Notes: generated by a model not told the origin, from the letters alone. A stretch of 64,000 nucleotides of DNA from Puniceicoccaceae bacterium (GCA_040830765.1 JBFOMH010000028.1:1-64000); one strand, 5' to 3'. Counted from the stretch's first letter, positions 9,960-19,808 are shown. A program made the numbers and translations.

Positions 9960-11228
9960 TCAAATCGTCCACAGCCCGAGGGCGGGATTGCTGATGTAGA
10001 AAATCTCTTCCCCGTCGACCGTATTCCACCCGTCCTTCAGGGATGCGGGATCGTATTGGGCGACGGCTTCCGCGTAGGGCAGGTAGTTGAAACCGACTCC
10101 CTCGACCTCCTCGCGGGTGACACCGTCCCCCGGGCAGTAGGTGATGTTGAAGCGGCCGTCTGAGGTGCCGTGGATAAGGTGGGCGGCGGCGGAGAGGTTA
10201 TCCGCCAGCTCCTCGTTTTCCTCGACATCACGCAGGGTCTGGTCGGTCCCCCGGTAGCCGTACTTGCGAATGAGGCGGTCGATTTCCGGATCCTCCCCGA
10301 AGGTATGCAGCGCCGGGGCGAGGATGAACAGTTCGCCGTTGTCGGCCATTGCCTTACGGGTGCGGTAGACCGCCTTGTTGCCCAGCCAGGTGGAGGTGAA
10401 TTCCTCCGGATCCAGGTAGACGACACACTTCTGTAGCGGCTTTTTGAGGACATCGAGGTTGGCGGCTCGGCTCAAGGCACAGGCCTTGGCGAAGGTCGCC
10501 TGGTCATCCCCCGCATAGAGGCCCTTCATGACCAACGTATCCTGGTCCTTGCCGATGACGGTCAGGATAAAGTGCAAATTGACCAGTGGCCGGACAAACT
10601 GGTCGAAGCCCTCGTTGAGGGCCGCCCGGACCGGTGTATCCGTCTCGCCCATGATCCGCTCCATCCCGTAGACAGCCCCCAGGTAATGCGACTTGTTAAT
10701 GGTATCTCCCCCACCAACCCCGATCATGATATTCTTGGTGTAGTTGGCCATCCCGATAACCTCGTGGGGGACCACCTGCCCAATCGAGAGAACAAGGTCA
10801 TAGCCACCCTCGACCAGTTCCCGGTTGACTGCCATCTGCATCGGGAAGTCCAGCTTGCCCTCCGACAGATCACGGATGCGGCTGGCCGGGAGTTCACCCA
10901 GTACCTTGAGGGAATTGCGCCAGTCGTGGTGCAAGTAGGCCTCCAGCGGAATTTCCTTCCCGAACATCATGTGCAACTGCTCATCTGTCATCCGGAAGTG
11001 CGTTCCCAGCGCCGGCATGATCCGGACTTCCGCACGGTCCTTTAATTGCGCATAGAGATAGGCCGTAATTTCCCCGGCCCGCGAATTGAGGCGAGTGTGG
11101 TCCGGCGGAATGAGCAACACTTTGCCAGCCCGACCGGCCAGCTTCTCAATAATCTGGTCGAGACATCCCTCCAGTTGTTCCCTTTCAATGTGCCCCTCCG
11201 GGCCGCCTGCTGCAATGTGTGTGGTCAT
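9960..11228 (-). CDS. LarA-family (DUF2088) nickel-pincer racemase/epimerase, probably a sugar-acid 2-epimerase
   Basis: IPPDHTR, PALGTH, GQVVPHEVIGMAN..KN and GNKAVYRT motifs. Confidence 0.8.
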   Translation of the reverse strand: MTTHIAAGGPEGHIEREQLEGCLDQIIEKLAGRAGKVLLIPPDHTRLNSRAGEITAYLYAQLKDRAEVRIMPALGTHFRMTDEQLHMMFGKEIPLEAYLHHDWRNSLKVLGELPASRIRDLSEGKLDFPMQMAVNRELVEGGYDLVLSIGQVVPHEVIGMANYTKNIMIGVGGGDTINKSHYLGAVYGMERIMGETDTPVRAALNEGFDQFVRPLVNLHFILTVIGKDQDTLVMKGLYAGDDQATFAKACALSRAANLDVLKKPLQKCVVYLDPEEFTSTWLGNKAVYRTRKAMADNGELFILAPALHTFGEDPEIDRLIRKYGYRGTDQTLRDVEENEELADNLSAAAHLIHGTSDGRFNITYCPGDGVTREEVEGVGFNYLPYAEAVAQYDPASLKDGWNTVDGEEIFYISNPALGLWTI

Positions 11229-11237
11229 TTTAAATTC

Positions 11238-12035
11238 TCACCCCAATCCAAAGCCATATGCCGGGATGCGGCTTTTCTCGACAAAGCCAATTTTCCGGTA
11301 AATCGGTTCCCCCATTTCCGTCGCGTGGAGGAGGGCGTGCGTCGCTCCATGCGTCTGGCCATATTCCACGGCGGCCCGCGTGATGGCCGTCCCCAGTCCG
11401 CGGCCGCGGGCCTTCTCCAGGGTAGCGACACAGTAGATACCGGCAACGCCATCCTCGATGCAGACGGATGAGCAGGCAGCCGGTTCCCCGTCCACCGTGG
11501 CAATGAAGTTGGCCATGCTGCCGTTACTCTGCTCCCCCTCCAGGTGGATGCCCCGCATGAAAAATTCAGAAACCGCAAAGGGAATGGGATATCCCTCCGC
11601 CAGCAAGGCGACCGCGATGGCCAGCCCGTCCTCATCGGAAGCATGCCTGACATCAACGCCTTCGGCAAGGGAGCCTGCTGAGAATCCTTCGGGAATCTCC
11701 ATCCACATCCCGGGCATCTTGTCCATTAATACCCAGCTCCGCTCTTCAAGGATGGTCGCGAATGAGGCAGGGTTGACATCCGGAAAGAGGATGGCCGCAG
11801 CCGGAAAGGACTGCTCCACGGAGCGGGATTCCACTTCAGCGATAACCTCCTTGAAGTGCTGCTCATCCCCGTTTCTGACAATGACGATATTTCCCAGGGG
11901 GTGGGGGAGTCCCGTCAGGCAGCGGAGGTAGGTGTCCGTGCTTTCCAGCAGTTCCGGGAGTGTATGACCGCCTGCCTTCCGGATAATCGCTTCAAAATTT
12001 GTCCTTAAGTGCAGCTGCGGATTGTCTGTAGACAT
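11238..12035 (-). CDS. GNAT family N-acetyltransferase
   Basis: C-terminal VATLEKARGRGLG...LHATEMGEPIYRKIGF; start uncertain (12035-12077). Confidence 0.85.
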   Translation of the reverse strand: MSTDNPQLHLRTNFEAIIRKAGGHTLPELLESTDTYLRCLTGLPHPLGNIVIVRNGDEQHFKEVIAEVESRSVEQSFPAAAILFPDVNPASFATILEERSWVLMDKMPGMWMEIPEGFSAGSLAEGVDVRHASDEDGLAIAVALLAEGYPIPFAVSEFFMRGIHLEGEQSNGSMANFIATVDGEPAACSSVCIEDGVAGIYCVATLEKARGRGLGTAITRAAVEYGQTHGATHALLHATEMGEPIYRKIGFVEKSRIPAYGFGLG

Positions 12036-12121
12036 ACCCGCACCCTGAGGGAACAACATTCCGTTGTCCATCCACATTCTCAGCCCGGAAATGAATCCGG
12101 CTGACTAGGACGTATTCTGTG

Positions 12122-12838
12122 TTAGCGGAGGCGCCGGCGGATCATCAATCCGGCAAAGGCCAGTGAACCCATGACCAGCGCAAAGACCGATGGTTCGGGA
12201 ACCACCATGACGTAGCCTGGTGATCCGATGTTTCCGTCATCATAAACTCCTGTTGTCACAAGGAGCTCGATGGCGCCATCGACACCACCCACGGCGTGGG
12301 CCCAATTCGCACCGTCGTCATTGCCGGCCTGGGTGAAGTTTCCGGGAAGCAGGTAAATGGCGTTGCCATTGATGCTCGGTTCCGGCCAGGGAGCCGAGAC
12401 ACTGTAATTGGCCACATCCACCGATAGCGAGGAGGCATCGAGGATTTCCAGGATTTCATTGGTATCAGTAGCGCCATTGGCAAGAGATGCCCAGCCCGAC
12501 ACCGTGAAGATAACCGCATCTGTGGCAGTTGACCACGAGCTTTTGAAATCCGCCTCGCTGAATTCCGTGATCACCCCGACTTGTCCGGGACCGAGGACAC
12601 CGGAGATGAGGCCCCAGTCGCCGGCGTTGGAATCCTCATCGGATAATTTCCAGCCCGTCAGGTCAACGGCAACTGGGCCACTGTTGTAGATCTCCACATA
12701 TTCATTGGGCAGGTCGCCGCCCGCGGCAATCCGTGGGTTGTACATGATTTCTGTGATCAAAATATCACCCGAAACCGCTTGGATGGAGAAAATTAAACCT
12801 AAAATTGGAGCCAAGAGAACTGAACGTACGGATTTCAT
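12122..12838 (-). CDS. Lamin-tail-domain protein with PEP-CTERM
   Basis: ILITEIMYNP...EYVEIYN...VDLTGWKLSD, GSPG, and VPEPS + TM + RRRLR. Confidence 0.9.
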   Translation of the reverse strand: MKSVRSVLLAPILGLIFSIQAVSGDILITEIMYNPRIAAGGDLPNEYVEIYNSGPVAVDLTGWKLSDEDSNAGDWGLISGVLGPGQVGVITEFSEADFKSSWSTATDAVIFTVSGWASLANGATDTNEILEILDASSLSVDVANYSVSAPWPEPSINGNAIYLLPGNFTQAGNDDGANWAHAVGGVDGAIELLVTTGVYDDGNIGSPGYVMVVPEPSVFALVMGSLAFAGLMIRRRLR

Positions 12839-12956
12839 GCCATGGTTCTTAAGTCATTCACACTTGTTGATCAAGTGTTTTTTAAAGTAAACAAAAGTTC
12901 AGGAGGTATCGGGAGCCAATCCGGTTATCACCGTTCATCTGGCTCGAGATCGGCCG

Positions 12957-13487
12957 CTATTTGGCCGGGTAGCCGGCCATGATGGACTTCAGCGCCTCCG
13001 TGGGGAGGCCGGAACCAGAGGCGGCCGTTGCTCCTTGTCCATAGGCCACTCCCTGCCAGACAATTTCCTTGGTCCTGTTGTCGAAGCCATTGACCGCAAT
13101 CATGCCGGCGGACTGGCTGTTCATGTTGGAGCGGCGGTAGAGGGTGGGTTGCCACATGTACCAGTCGCCAACCCAGACAAAGCCATATTGGGATGGACTG
13201 ACCATGGGGATGGCGCCGCCGACAGCCTGGAAGATAATATCCGCCGATTCGAGCTCATCCTCGACGAGCCCCTTGCTCTTGAGGGGTCCGGCAATGAGCA
13301 TCTTGACTGTGGCATAATGGACCGAAGCGCCAGGCGTGAGGGCATTTTCCTCAGGTTCCAGCACGGCAAAAGTTGAATACCTTGACGGATCAAAGTCCGG
13401 ACCCGACTGCACATTGACGTTCGGGGTCGTTTCGCAGCCAGCCAGAAAGACAAGGAGAAGGACGAGAGAGGAAAGGATGGTTTTCAT
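12957..13487 (-). CDS. DUF4136-like lipoprotein
   Basis: Lipobox LAGC; DFDPSRYSTF; FDNRTKEIVWQG. Confidence 0.75.
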   Translation of the reverse strand: MKTILSSLVLLLVFLAGCETTPNVNVQSGPDFDPSRYSTFAVLEPEENALTPGASVHYATVKMLIAGPLKSKGLVEDELESADIIFQAVGGAIPMVSPSQYGFVWVGDWYMWQPTLYRRSNMNSQSAGMIAVNGFDNRTKEIVWQGVAYGQGATAASGSGLPTEALKSIMAGYPAK

Positions 13488-13561
13488 AAATTTAGAAATC
13501 GGTGACGGTAAGAGACGGTTATCCCGCCCCGGAGTCAAGGAAAGCCGGGTCAAATCGGCCA

Positions 13562-14767
13562 CTAGCGGGCCAGCAATTTCATAATCCGGTCCTCAATCTC
13601 CCGAGTCAGCGGATCGATTCCGGTCTTGGCGTTGAGACCCTGCTGTTCAAGGAAAGCCCGCAGATCGATGGGCTCCGCAAATCGGATTTCCGCCTGCCGC
13701 TGTCCCAAATAGCGCGCCTCGCCCAGCATGTCTTCCTCAAGCTTGAAAATTGTTTCCGCAATCCGGTCCACGGATGGCTCGCCAAGAAGATAGGTCCGCG
13801 GATAGCTGTAGAGCTGATGGACGACAAAGATGTCATCCAAGTGGTCGTACAGTTCCTCCTTGCGCTCTGCCTCGGGCTCACCTTCTCCCTCGGTCAGCTC
13901 CTTGCGGATACGGGCCCGGATCAGTTTGATCCGCTTGGGAAAGGAAAGGTCCTCATGGTTGATGCCATGCGCTGCCTCTACGTCCTGCATGATCGATGAT
14001 CGCAGTCGGTGAATGCGCTCAGTTAGCGCTCCTTGCTGGGCGGCACCCAGGTATTCCTCCTCCTTGACGGCCAGAAGTGCGGCTCCAAGCCGGAAAATCC
14101 GGTCGACCGGGGAGTCATGGATGCGGGGCTTGAGGAGAATGCGTTTCTCGAGGACGCTCAAGCGATCGGAAAAGCATTCCTCCACGGAGGGATCGTGCTT
14201 CAGGCGAATGGAAGCTGGTACGGCGTATCCCCGTCGCCCCTCCGGCAATTTGGTCGCTGCCCTCAAGGCGATGCTGGCCACTCCGTCGTTGAGTTCGTCG
14301 AGTTCCTCCATGTGGTGGTAGATTTCCCCTTCCGGAAAGATGACAAGCGGGAATCTCCCTTCCTGCAGCACATGGATGGCCATCTTGATGGCAGCAAGGT
14401 CGGCTCCCTCCCGGTTGATCGAAAACGCGCCCGCCCGCTGCAGTACCCAGCGGTGCAGGGCACTCTTCTCAAAGCCTTCCCGGGCGGCCATGAAATGGGG
14501 GGCAAATCCATGCCTCCGGCCGACCGTGATTATCAGCCCGGGATCCGCATGGTCGGCATGATTCGGGGCAATCAGGACGGACTGCCCGGCCTTGACCAGT
14601 TTGGTCAGTTCTTCCGCGCCCTCTATGGTCGTGTTTGCTACCTTGAATTCATAGCGTTGCGAGAACCGGACCAGAAGGTGCAGCAGCGGCCGGAAGGCCC
14701 GCGAGTATTTGGGAGGCACGAACTGGTAGGGTGTCTGAGGGCGGACGAGGTTCATCGGCCGGTACAT
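13562..14767 (-). CDS. Phospholipid/glycerol acyltransferase (LPLAT family)
   Basis: PNHADHAD (HX4D), GAFSINR and IFPEGE motifs; start uncertain. Confidence 0.85.
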   Translation of the reverse strand: MYRPMNLVRPQTPYQFVPPKYSRAFRPLLHLLVRFSQRYEFKVANTTIEGAEELTKLVKAGQSVLIAPNHADHADPGLIITVGRRHGFAPHFMAAREGFEKSALHRWVLQRAGAFSINREGADLAAIKMAIHVLQEGRFPLVIFPEGEIYHHMEELDELNDGVASIALRAATKLPEGRRGYAVPASIRLKHDPSVEECFSDRLSVLEKRILLKPRIHDSPVDRIFRLGAALLAVKEEEYLGAAQQGALTERIHRLRSSIMQDVEAAHGINHEDLSFPKRIKLIRARIRKELTEGEGEPEAERKEELYDHLDDIFVVHQLYSYPRTYLLGEPSVDRIAETIFKLEEDMLGEARYLGQRQAEIRFAEPIDLRAFLEQQGLNAKTGIDPLTREIEDRIMKLLAR

Positions 14768-15003
14768 TAGTAATCCGGCCTGTGGACGCAAGCCCCTCTA
14801 CGGGACCTCAATTGGCCTGGCTCTATCTGGTTTGCCTGTCTGGAGCTAGGACATCAAGTCGCGGCATTCGGGGGTCTTATAGGGATTAGTACTCGATGTT
14901 ATATGCCTTCCTGCCAGGGCACATAACTTTGACTCAGCCTTGGAAATAGTATTAATAAATCTAATAAGATATTAACCCTTAGATAATAAACCCTAATTTT
15001 AAA

Positions 15004-15933
15004 ATGGATATTCCCTATCCCTTCCCCCCTCGCTGGGCGCTTGGCCCAGTCGCAGCACTCCTAGTGGCCATCCCGGCAGGTCTATTGGCTTTCGAGAGTT
15101 ACCACGATCCGAACCAGAATGATACTGGCTATTGTTCAAGCTGCCATCCCGGATTCACCAGCGGGCGAAGCGATACCCTACACGCCTTCCATACCGGTGG
15201 GGACGATCCCGTGACCACGAATTGCAGTCTTTGCCATACTGGCTCGGGCAGGGATAACCCCTTCACGCTCTGGAGTACCGGTGATTCGGATGATGGCCTT
15301 GGCTGCACCGGTTGCCATGGACGAGACTACGGGGAAACCATCGTTGCGGATTACCGGGATTTTCCCATTTCGGGACAGCAGAAGAACAGCGGGGTAGGGC
15401 TCCGGCTGCATCATGCCGTCAGTGGCATCACGAGCTGTGCCGGATGTCATACGGATACCGAGACACCTCATCCGGAGAATGTCATCGATCCCGGTTCAGG
15501 CAACACCACCCATTACTATTTAAGGGGGGATGTCAGTCTTGGCGGTGCACCGGTGGATCCCAGCAACAACGAAGTCAGTGCCAATACCTATGCCCGCTTC
15601 TCAGAGCCGGGCCTGGATAACGATGGGGATGATCTCTACAACATGTCGGATCCGGACAGTGTCGCCGATCCCGATCAGCTCTTTCTTATTAAACTTGAAT
15701 CCGGAGGAATTGAGCTTCGCTGGCCCACACCCAGTCCGGACTGGATTCTGCAGGATTCCTCCACTGAGGACCTCGCGGGCTGGACGGCCATGACCCAGCC
15801 AGCCTTTACTGAGAGGCAAAATGGCGAGTGGATTGTGACTGTTTCCGGACCCTTGTCCGTGCGCCAATTCTACCGTCTGGAAAAGCCGGATTCGGCCCCT
15901 GAGGCTGCAGTGGTACGGAAGGGCAAGAAATAG
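15004..15933 (+). CDS. Exported tetraheme c-type cytochrome with C-terminal FYRL-type domain
   Basis: Signal peptide; CSSCH, CSLCH, CTGCH, CAGCH; GLDNDGDDL acidic motif; C-terminal LRWP...WILQ...QFYRL. Confidence 0.8.
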   Translation: MDIPYPFPPRWALGPVAALLVAIPAGLLAFESYHDPNQNDTGYCSSCHPGFTSGRSDTLHAFHTGGDDPVTTNCSLCHTGSGRDNPFTLWSTGDSDDGLGCTGCHGRDYGETIVADYRDFPISGQQKNSGVGLRLHHAVSGITSCAGCHTDTETPHPENVIDPGSGNTTHYYLRGDVSLGGAPVDPSNNEVSANTYARFSEPGLDNDGDDLYNMSDPDSVADPDQLFLIKLESGGIELRWPTPSPDWILQDSSTEDLAGWTAMTQPAFTERQNGEWIVTVSGPLSVRQFYRLEKPDSAPEAAVVRKGKK

Positions 15934-15971
15934 GCAGCCAAGTAGGAACGATACACACCGACCTGACCGTA

Positions 15972-17735
15972 TCAACCACTCTGAGGCGATGCGGGCATCC
16001 CCGCCACCTGGACCTCATAGAGGCGCCGGAAGAGGTCGTCCTGGAGGAGGGTTTCGAAATCCCCGCGGCAGCGGATGCGGCCCTTTTCGAAGAGGAGGAT
16101 GGTCTCCGCCATCCGGATGGTGGCGAAACGGTGGGCGATGATGATCAAAGTCCGGTTGCGGGCAATGGCCTTCAAGGCTTGCTGGATTTTCTCCTCGCTC
16201 TCCGAGTCAAGAGCGGAAGTCGCTTCATCCAGGATCAGGATAGGAGCATTCTTGAGGAAGGCCCGGGCCAGTGCCAGGCGCTGGCGCTGGCCACCGCTGA
16301 GGCGGACCGCGTTTTCCCCGACAATGGAGTTGTATCCATCTGGTAATGACAAAATAAACTCCTCGGCATGGGCCTGTCGGGCGGCTTCGCGCATTTCCTC
16401 TTCAGAGGCTTCCGGGCGGGCCAGAAGGATGTTGTCCGCGACGGTTCCATTGAAGAGGACGGGAGCTTGCGGGACAAAGGCGATGTTGTCCCGCAGGTGT
16501 TCCTTCTTCAGCGAGCGGATATCGATCCCATCGAAGAGGATGGTCCCGGAATTCGGGTCGTAGAACCGCTGGACCAGCTTGGCGAAAGTGGATTTTCCGG
16601 CCCCGCTTGGCCCGACGAGGGCACAGGTTGTGCCCAGCGGGATTTCCAGTTCATTGATCTCCAGGTCGGGCGATTCCACCGCATCCATGTAGCTGAACCG
16701 CATGTCCTTGAACTGCAGGTTGCCCTTGGGCGCCGGTAGGATGACCGGCTTATCGGAATCCTTGACCGCCTCTTCCTCCTTGAGGACAACTTCTATCCGT
16801 TCGAAGGAGCCGCTGGCCTTCTGGACGCTGTTGAGCATCCGGGCAAGGCGCTTCAAGGCATCCACCGTGAAATAGAGGGCGCCGGCAACACCGACAAAAA
16901 CGGAGACTTCAATCCCCGTCTTGTAGCAGTAGAGGAATGCCACCGAGACCATGAGTACCGCAATCAGCTCCATGAATGGCTGTGTCATGTGGTAATACTT
17001 GGCGATCTTCATGGCGAACTTGTTGTAGGCCGTCAGCTTGACATCAAAGCGCTCCTTTTCCCGCTCCTGCAAATTGAAGGACCGGACCTCCACCACGCCG
17101 CGCAGGTTTTCCGTCATGATATCGGACAACTCCCCAAGGGTGTGTTGCAGTTCGCGCGAGCGGCGCCGCAAGTGGCGGCCGATGTAACGCACGGGGACCA
17201 CCATCAGGGGAGCGAGGATGATCATCAGGAGGAGAAATCCAATCTGCTTTTCCGTGACCGAAAGAAAGATCAGGTAACCCAGTCCTGCGAGAAAGGTAAA
17301 TGGGTATATGAAGGCCACCCGGGCAACGAGCAGGATCGCTTCCTGGATTTGCAGGGTGTCCCCGACCAGCTTGGCCATCAGGTCGCCGGACTTGCGACGT
17401 TCGAAGAAGACCACCGGGAGGGACTGCAGCTTGTTGAACAGTTGATGTCGGACATCCATGAGGATGTTTTGCACAGCCCACTGGAGAAAGTACTGGTTAA
17501 TATAATACGCTACCCCGCGAATAATGAATACAGCCGGCAAGAGAGAGGATATGAAGAGCAGGTAGGCGAGGGAGTAGTCGCGTTCCGTATTCTCAAAAAT
17601 GCTGGCAAACACCTTCTCGATGAAGAACGGCACACCGCCGCCACTGGTAATACCGGCCACCGCCCCGGCGAGGACACCGATGACCAACAGGCGACGGTTC
17701 TTCTTGGCCAGGCTGTAATAACGGGAATAATCCAT
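15972..17735 (-). CDS. msbA: ABC exporter, MsbA-like (TMD + NBD)
   Basis: GPSGAGKS, LSGGQRQR and ILDEATSALD; lies downstream of lpxL. Confidence 0.75.
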   Translation of the reverse strand: MDYSRYYSLAKKNRRLLVIGVLAGAVAGITSGGGVPFFIEKVFASIFENTERDYSLAYLLFISSLLPAVFIIRGVAYYINQYFLQWAVQNILMDVRHQLFNKLQSLPVVFFERRKSGDLMAKLVGDTLQIQEAILLVARVAFIYPFTFLAGLGYLIFLSVTEKQIGFLLLMIILAPLMVVPVRYIGRHLRRRSRELQHTLGELSDIMTENLRGVVEVRSFNLQEREKERFDVKLTAYNKFAMKIAKYYHMTQPFMELIAVLMVSVAFLYCYKTGIEVSVFVGVAGALYFTVDALKRLARMLNSVQKASGSFERIEVVLKEEEAVKDSDKPVILPAPKGNLQFKDMRFSYMDAVESPDLEINELEIPLGTTCALVGPSGAGKSTFAKLVQRFYDPNSGTILFDGIDIRSLKKEHLRDNIAFVPQAPVLFNGTVADNILLARPEASEEEMREAARQAHAEEFILSLPDGYNSIVGENAVRLSGGQRQRLALARAFLKNAPILILDEATSALDSESEEKIQQALKAIARNRTLIIIAHRFATIRMAETILLFEKGRIRCRGDFETLLQDDLFRRLYEVQVAGMPASPQSG

Positions 17736-17785
17736 GGGAATATAGGGAGATTAGTTAAGCGGGCTCTCCCCTCCATCTCAATGCC

Positions 17786-17905
17786 AATCTTAATCTTAGT
17801 CTTAGCCTTAATCTTGATCTTGATCCCTCGATCCCGCTCCTAGAGCGAGACGGAGATTGGCGTAAGGGTTAGATTAAGACTAAGATTAAGGCTAAGATTA
17901 AGATT
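17786..17905. repeat. Inverted arrays of degenerate hexamer (TCTTAA / TTAAGA)
   Basis: Left arm AATCTTAATCTTAGTCTTAGCCTTAATCTTGATCTTGAT; right arm AGATTAAGACTAAGATTAAGGCTAAGATTAAGATT. Confidence 0.85.
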
Positions 17906-18815
17906 TGTAGACATCGGGGTACTCCGGGCCGCGGCGCTTGAAGCGCTTGTGGAGCCAGAAGTACTGGTCGGGTGCCTTGCGGACAAGGTCCTCGATGATG
18001 TGGTTGATCTCCAGGGCGTCCGCCTTGGCATCCTTGGTCGGTAAGTGTTTCAGCTCCGGGTAGATTTCCAGTTGGTAGGTCCCATCCGGACACCGGTATG
18101 CGATGAAGGGCACAATGGCAGCCTTGCCCATGCGGGCAATGCGGCCAGTAGCGGTATTGGTGACGGCCGGTTCCCCGAAGAAGGGAATGATATCGCTGTA
18201 CTTCATCTTCTTCCCCTGGTCCGGAGCATACCAGACAAATTCCCCGTCCCGGAGCACGCGGATGAGGTCGTTCATTTCATCAAAGTGAATGACATGGCGC
18301 ATCTTGGTTTCCCGGATGCGGGTCATTTCCCGGGCAATGACGGGCTGGTTGGGTTTGCGGTAGAGGCAAGCGAACGGGCCGTAATGCTCGATCATCATAC
18401 GTCCGCCCATTTCCAGGGTGGTGAAGTGGGCTGAAAGCAGCAGGGCACCACGTCCGGACTCCTCGACCGCCTTGAGATGCTCCAGTCCGGATATCCGGCT
18501 GATCCGGTCAAAGGCACCCAAGGGCTTGTACCAACCGGCGGCCATCTCGAAGATCCCCATGCCCATCGACTGGTAGTGGCGGAAAAGCAATTTCCTTCGC
18601 TCCTTCTCACTCATGTCCGGGAAGCAGAGGCGCAAATTCACCAAGCCAACTTTCCGGCGATAGGGAAACAATACTCCGGCAACGGATCCGATACCCTTCC
18701 CAAGTGCCCGCATCCAGCTGAAAGGGAGTTTGGCGCTCAACTTCAGGAGGAGGATACCAAAAGCGGCAAGGGCGTTTCCGGGGCGCCAAAGGGAGGTGGA
18801 TGTCGATCTGGGCAT
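17898..18815 (-). CDS. lpxL: Lipid A lauroyl/myristoyl acyltransferase (HtrB/LpxL family)
   Basis: SAHFTTLE, WYAPDQ, PFFG and PDQYFWLHKRFK. Confidence 0.9.
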   Translation of the reverse strand: MPRSTSTSLWRPGNALAAFGILLLKLSAKLPFSWMRALGKGIGSVAGVLFPYRRKVGLVNLRLCFPDMSEKERRKLLFRHYQSMGMGIFEMAAGWYKPLGAFDRISRISGLEHLKAVEESGRGALLLSAHFTTLEMGGRMMIEHYGPFACLYRKPNQPVIAREMTRIRETKMRHVIHFDEMNDLIRVLRDGEFVWYAPDQGKKMKYSDIIPFFGEPAVTNTATGRIARMGKAAIVPFIAYRCPDGTYQLEIYPELKHLPTKDAKADALEINHIIEDLVRKAPDQYFWLHKRFKRRGPEYPDVYKS

Positions 18816-18920
18816 CTGCTGGAAGGATGGTTTCTTGGAATTCTGGGATTGGCAGAAGTGTTGACGAGGTCCATGCTCAGGGCAAGAACGGAGACTGGCC
18901 CATAAGGCCCAGCCAAGAAC

Positions 18921-19718
18921 ATGAATTCTCTACCAACATTTTCTGAACCCCATTTTGCCGATTACACTTCGCCGGAGGTCAAGCCGGGACCCCTGAGCCG
19001 CTTGCTTCCAAGCGCATTGTTTTATTTCCGGGTTTCCCAGGCCGTCTTCGCCTCGGCCTACAAGGCCAAGAGGGGTAAGTTCAGCGACTGGGCGTGGTAT
19101 TCCGCCAGCCTGAAGGTCCGGAAGGCCTTTGAGAAAACAGGGGCGCATGTCTCGGTCAAGGGAACTGCCAACATTGCCAACCTGGATGAGCCTTGTGTCT
19201 TTATAGGCAACCACATGAGCACTGCGGAAACGTTCCTCATGGCCTCCATGGTGCTTCCATTCCGGCCAGTGACCTTCGTTGTCAAGGAGGCCCTTGTCCA
19301 ATATCCTGTCTTTAAGCACATCATGCTTTCCCGCAGCCCGATCGTGGTTGGCCGGGTCAATCCCCGTGAAGACCTCAAGGCGGTCCTCCAAGGAGGCAGG
19401 GAGCGCCTCGAGGCAGGAACCTCCATCGTCATCTTTCCACAGAAGACCCGGACAGTGGAATTTGACCGGGAATCCTTCAACACCATCGGGGTCAAGCTGG
19501 CCAAACGGGCCGGGGTGCCGGTTATTCCTCTCGCCTTGAAGACAAATGCCTGGAGCAACGGCAAGCTGTTTAAGGATTATGGTCCCTTCCTGCCCCATGA
19601 AGCTGTTCATTTCGCATTCGGGGAGCCTATCCGCATCGAGGGCTCCGACCGCGAGGCCCACGAGGCGGTTATCCAGTTTATCGAGTCCCACCTCCGGGAG
19701 TGGGGGATTATGAAGTGA
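18921..19718 (+). CDS. plsC: 1-acyl-sn-glycerol-3-phosphate acyltransferase (PlsC family)
   Basis: GNHMSTAE, FVVKEAL, IFPQKTR and VPVIPLAL. Confidence 0.75.
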   Translation: MNSLPTFSEPHFADYTSPEVKPGPLSRLLPSALFYFRVSQAVFASAYKAKRGKFSDWAWYSASLKVRKAFEKTGAHVSVKGTANIANLDEPCVFIGNHMSTAETFLMASMVLPFRPVTFVVKEALVQYPVFKHIMLSRSPIVVGRVNPREDLKAVLQGGRERLEAGTSIVIFPQKTRTVEFDRESFNTIGVKLAKRAGVPVIPLALKTNAWSNGKLFKDYGPFLPHEAVHFAFGEPIRIEGSDREAHEAVIQFIESHLREWGIMK

Positions 19719-19724
19719 GGTAAC

Positions 19725-19752
19725 CAGAGTCGGCCCTGAAGGGCCGACTCTG
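19725..19752. terminator. Perfect GC-rich hairpin (terminator or REP-like)
   Basis: CAGAGTCGGCCC-TGAA-GGGCCGACTCTG just after the plsC stop; no U-tract. Confidence 0.5.
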
Positions 19753-19808
19753 CGGGCGCAACATTTTGGGCTTTCCACTGCCATGGGCATTTGCATCGTT
19801 GGTCGCTT

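Noticed and set aside
17840..18093. Short ORFs ending NLNLSLNL or LILALIL
   Set aside because: These are translations of the hexamer repeat and overlap lpxL.
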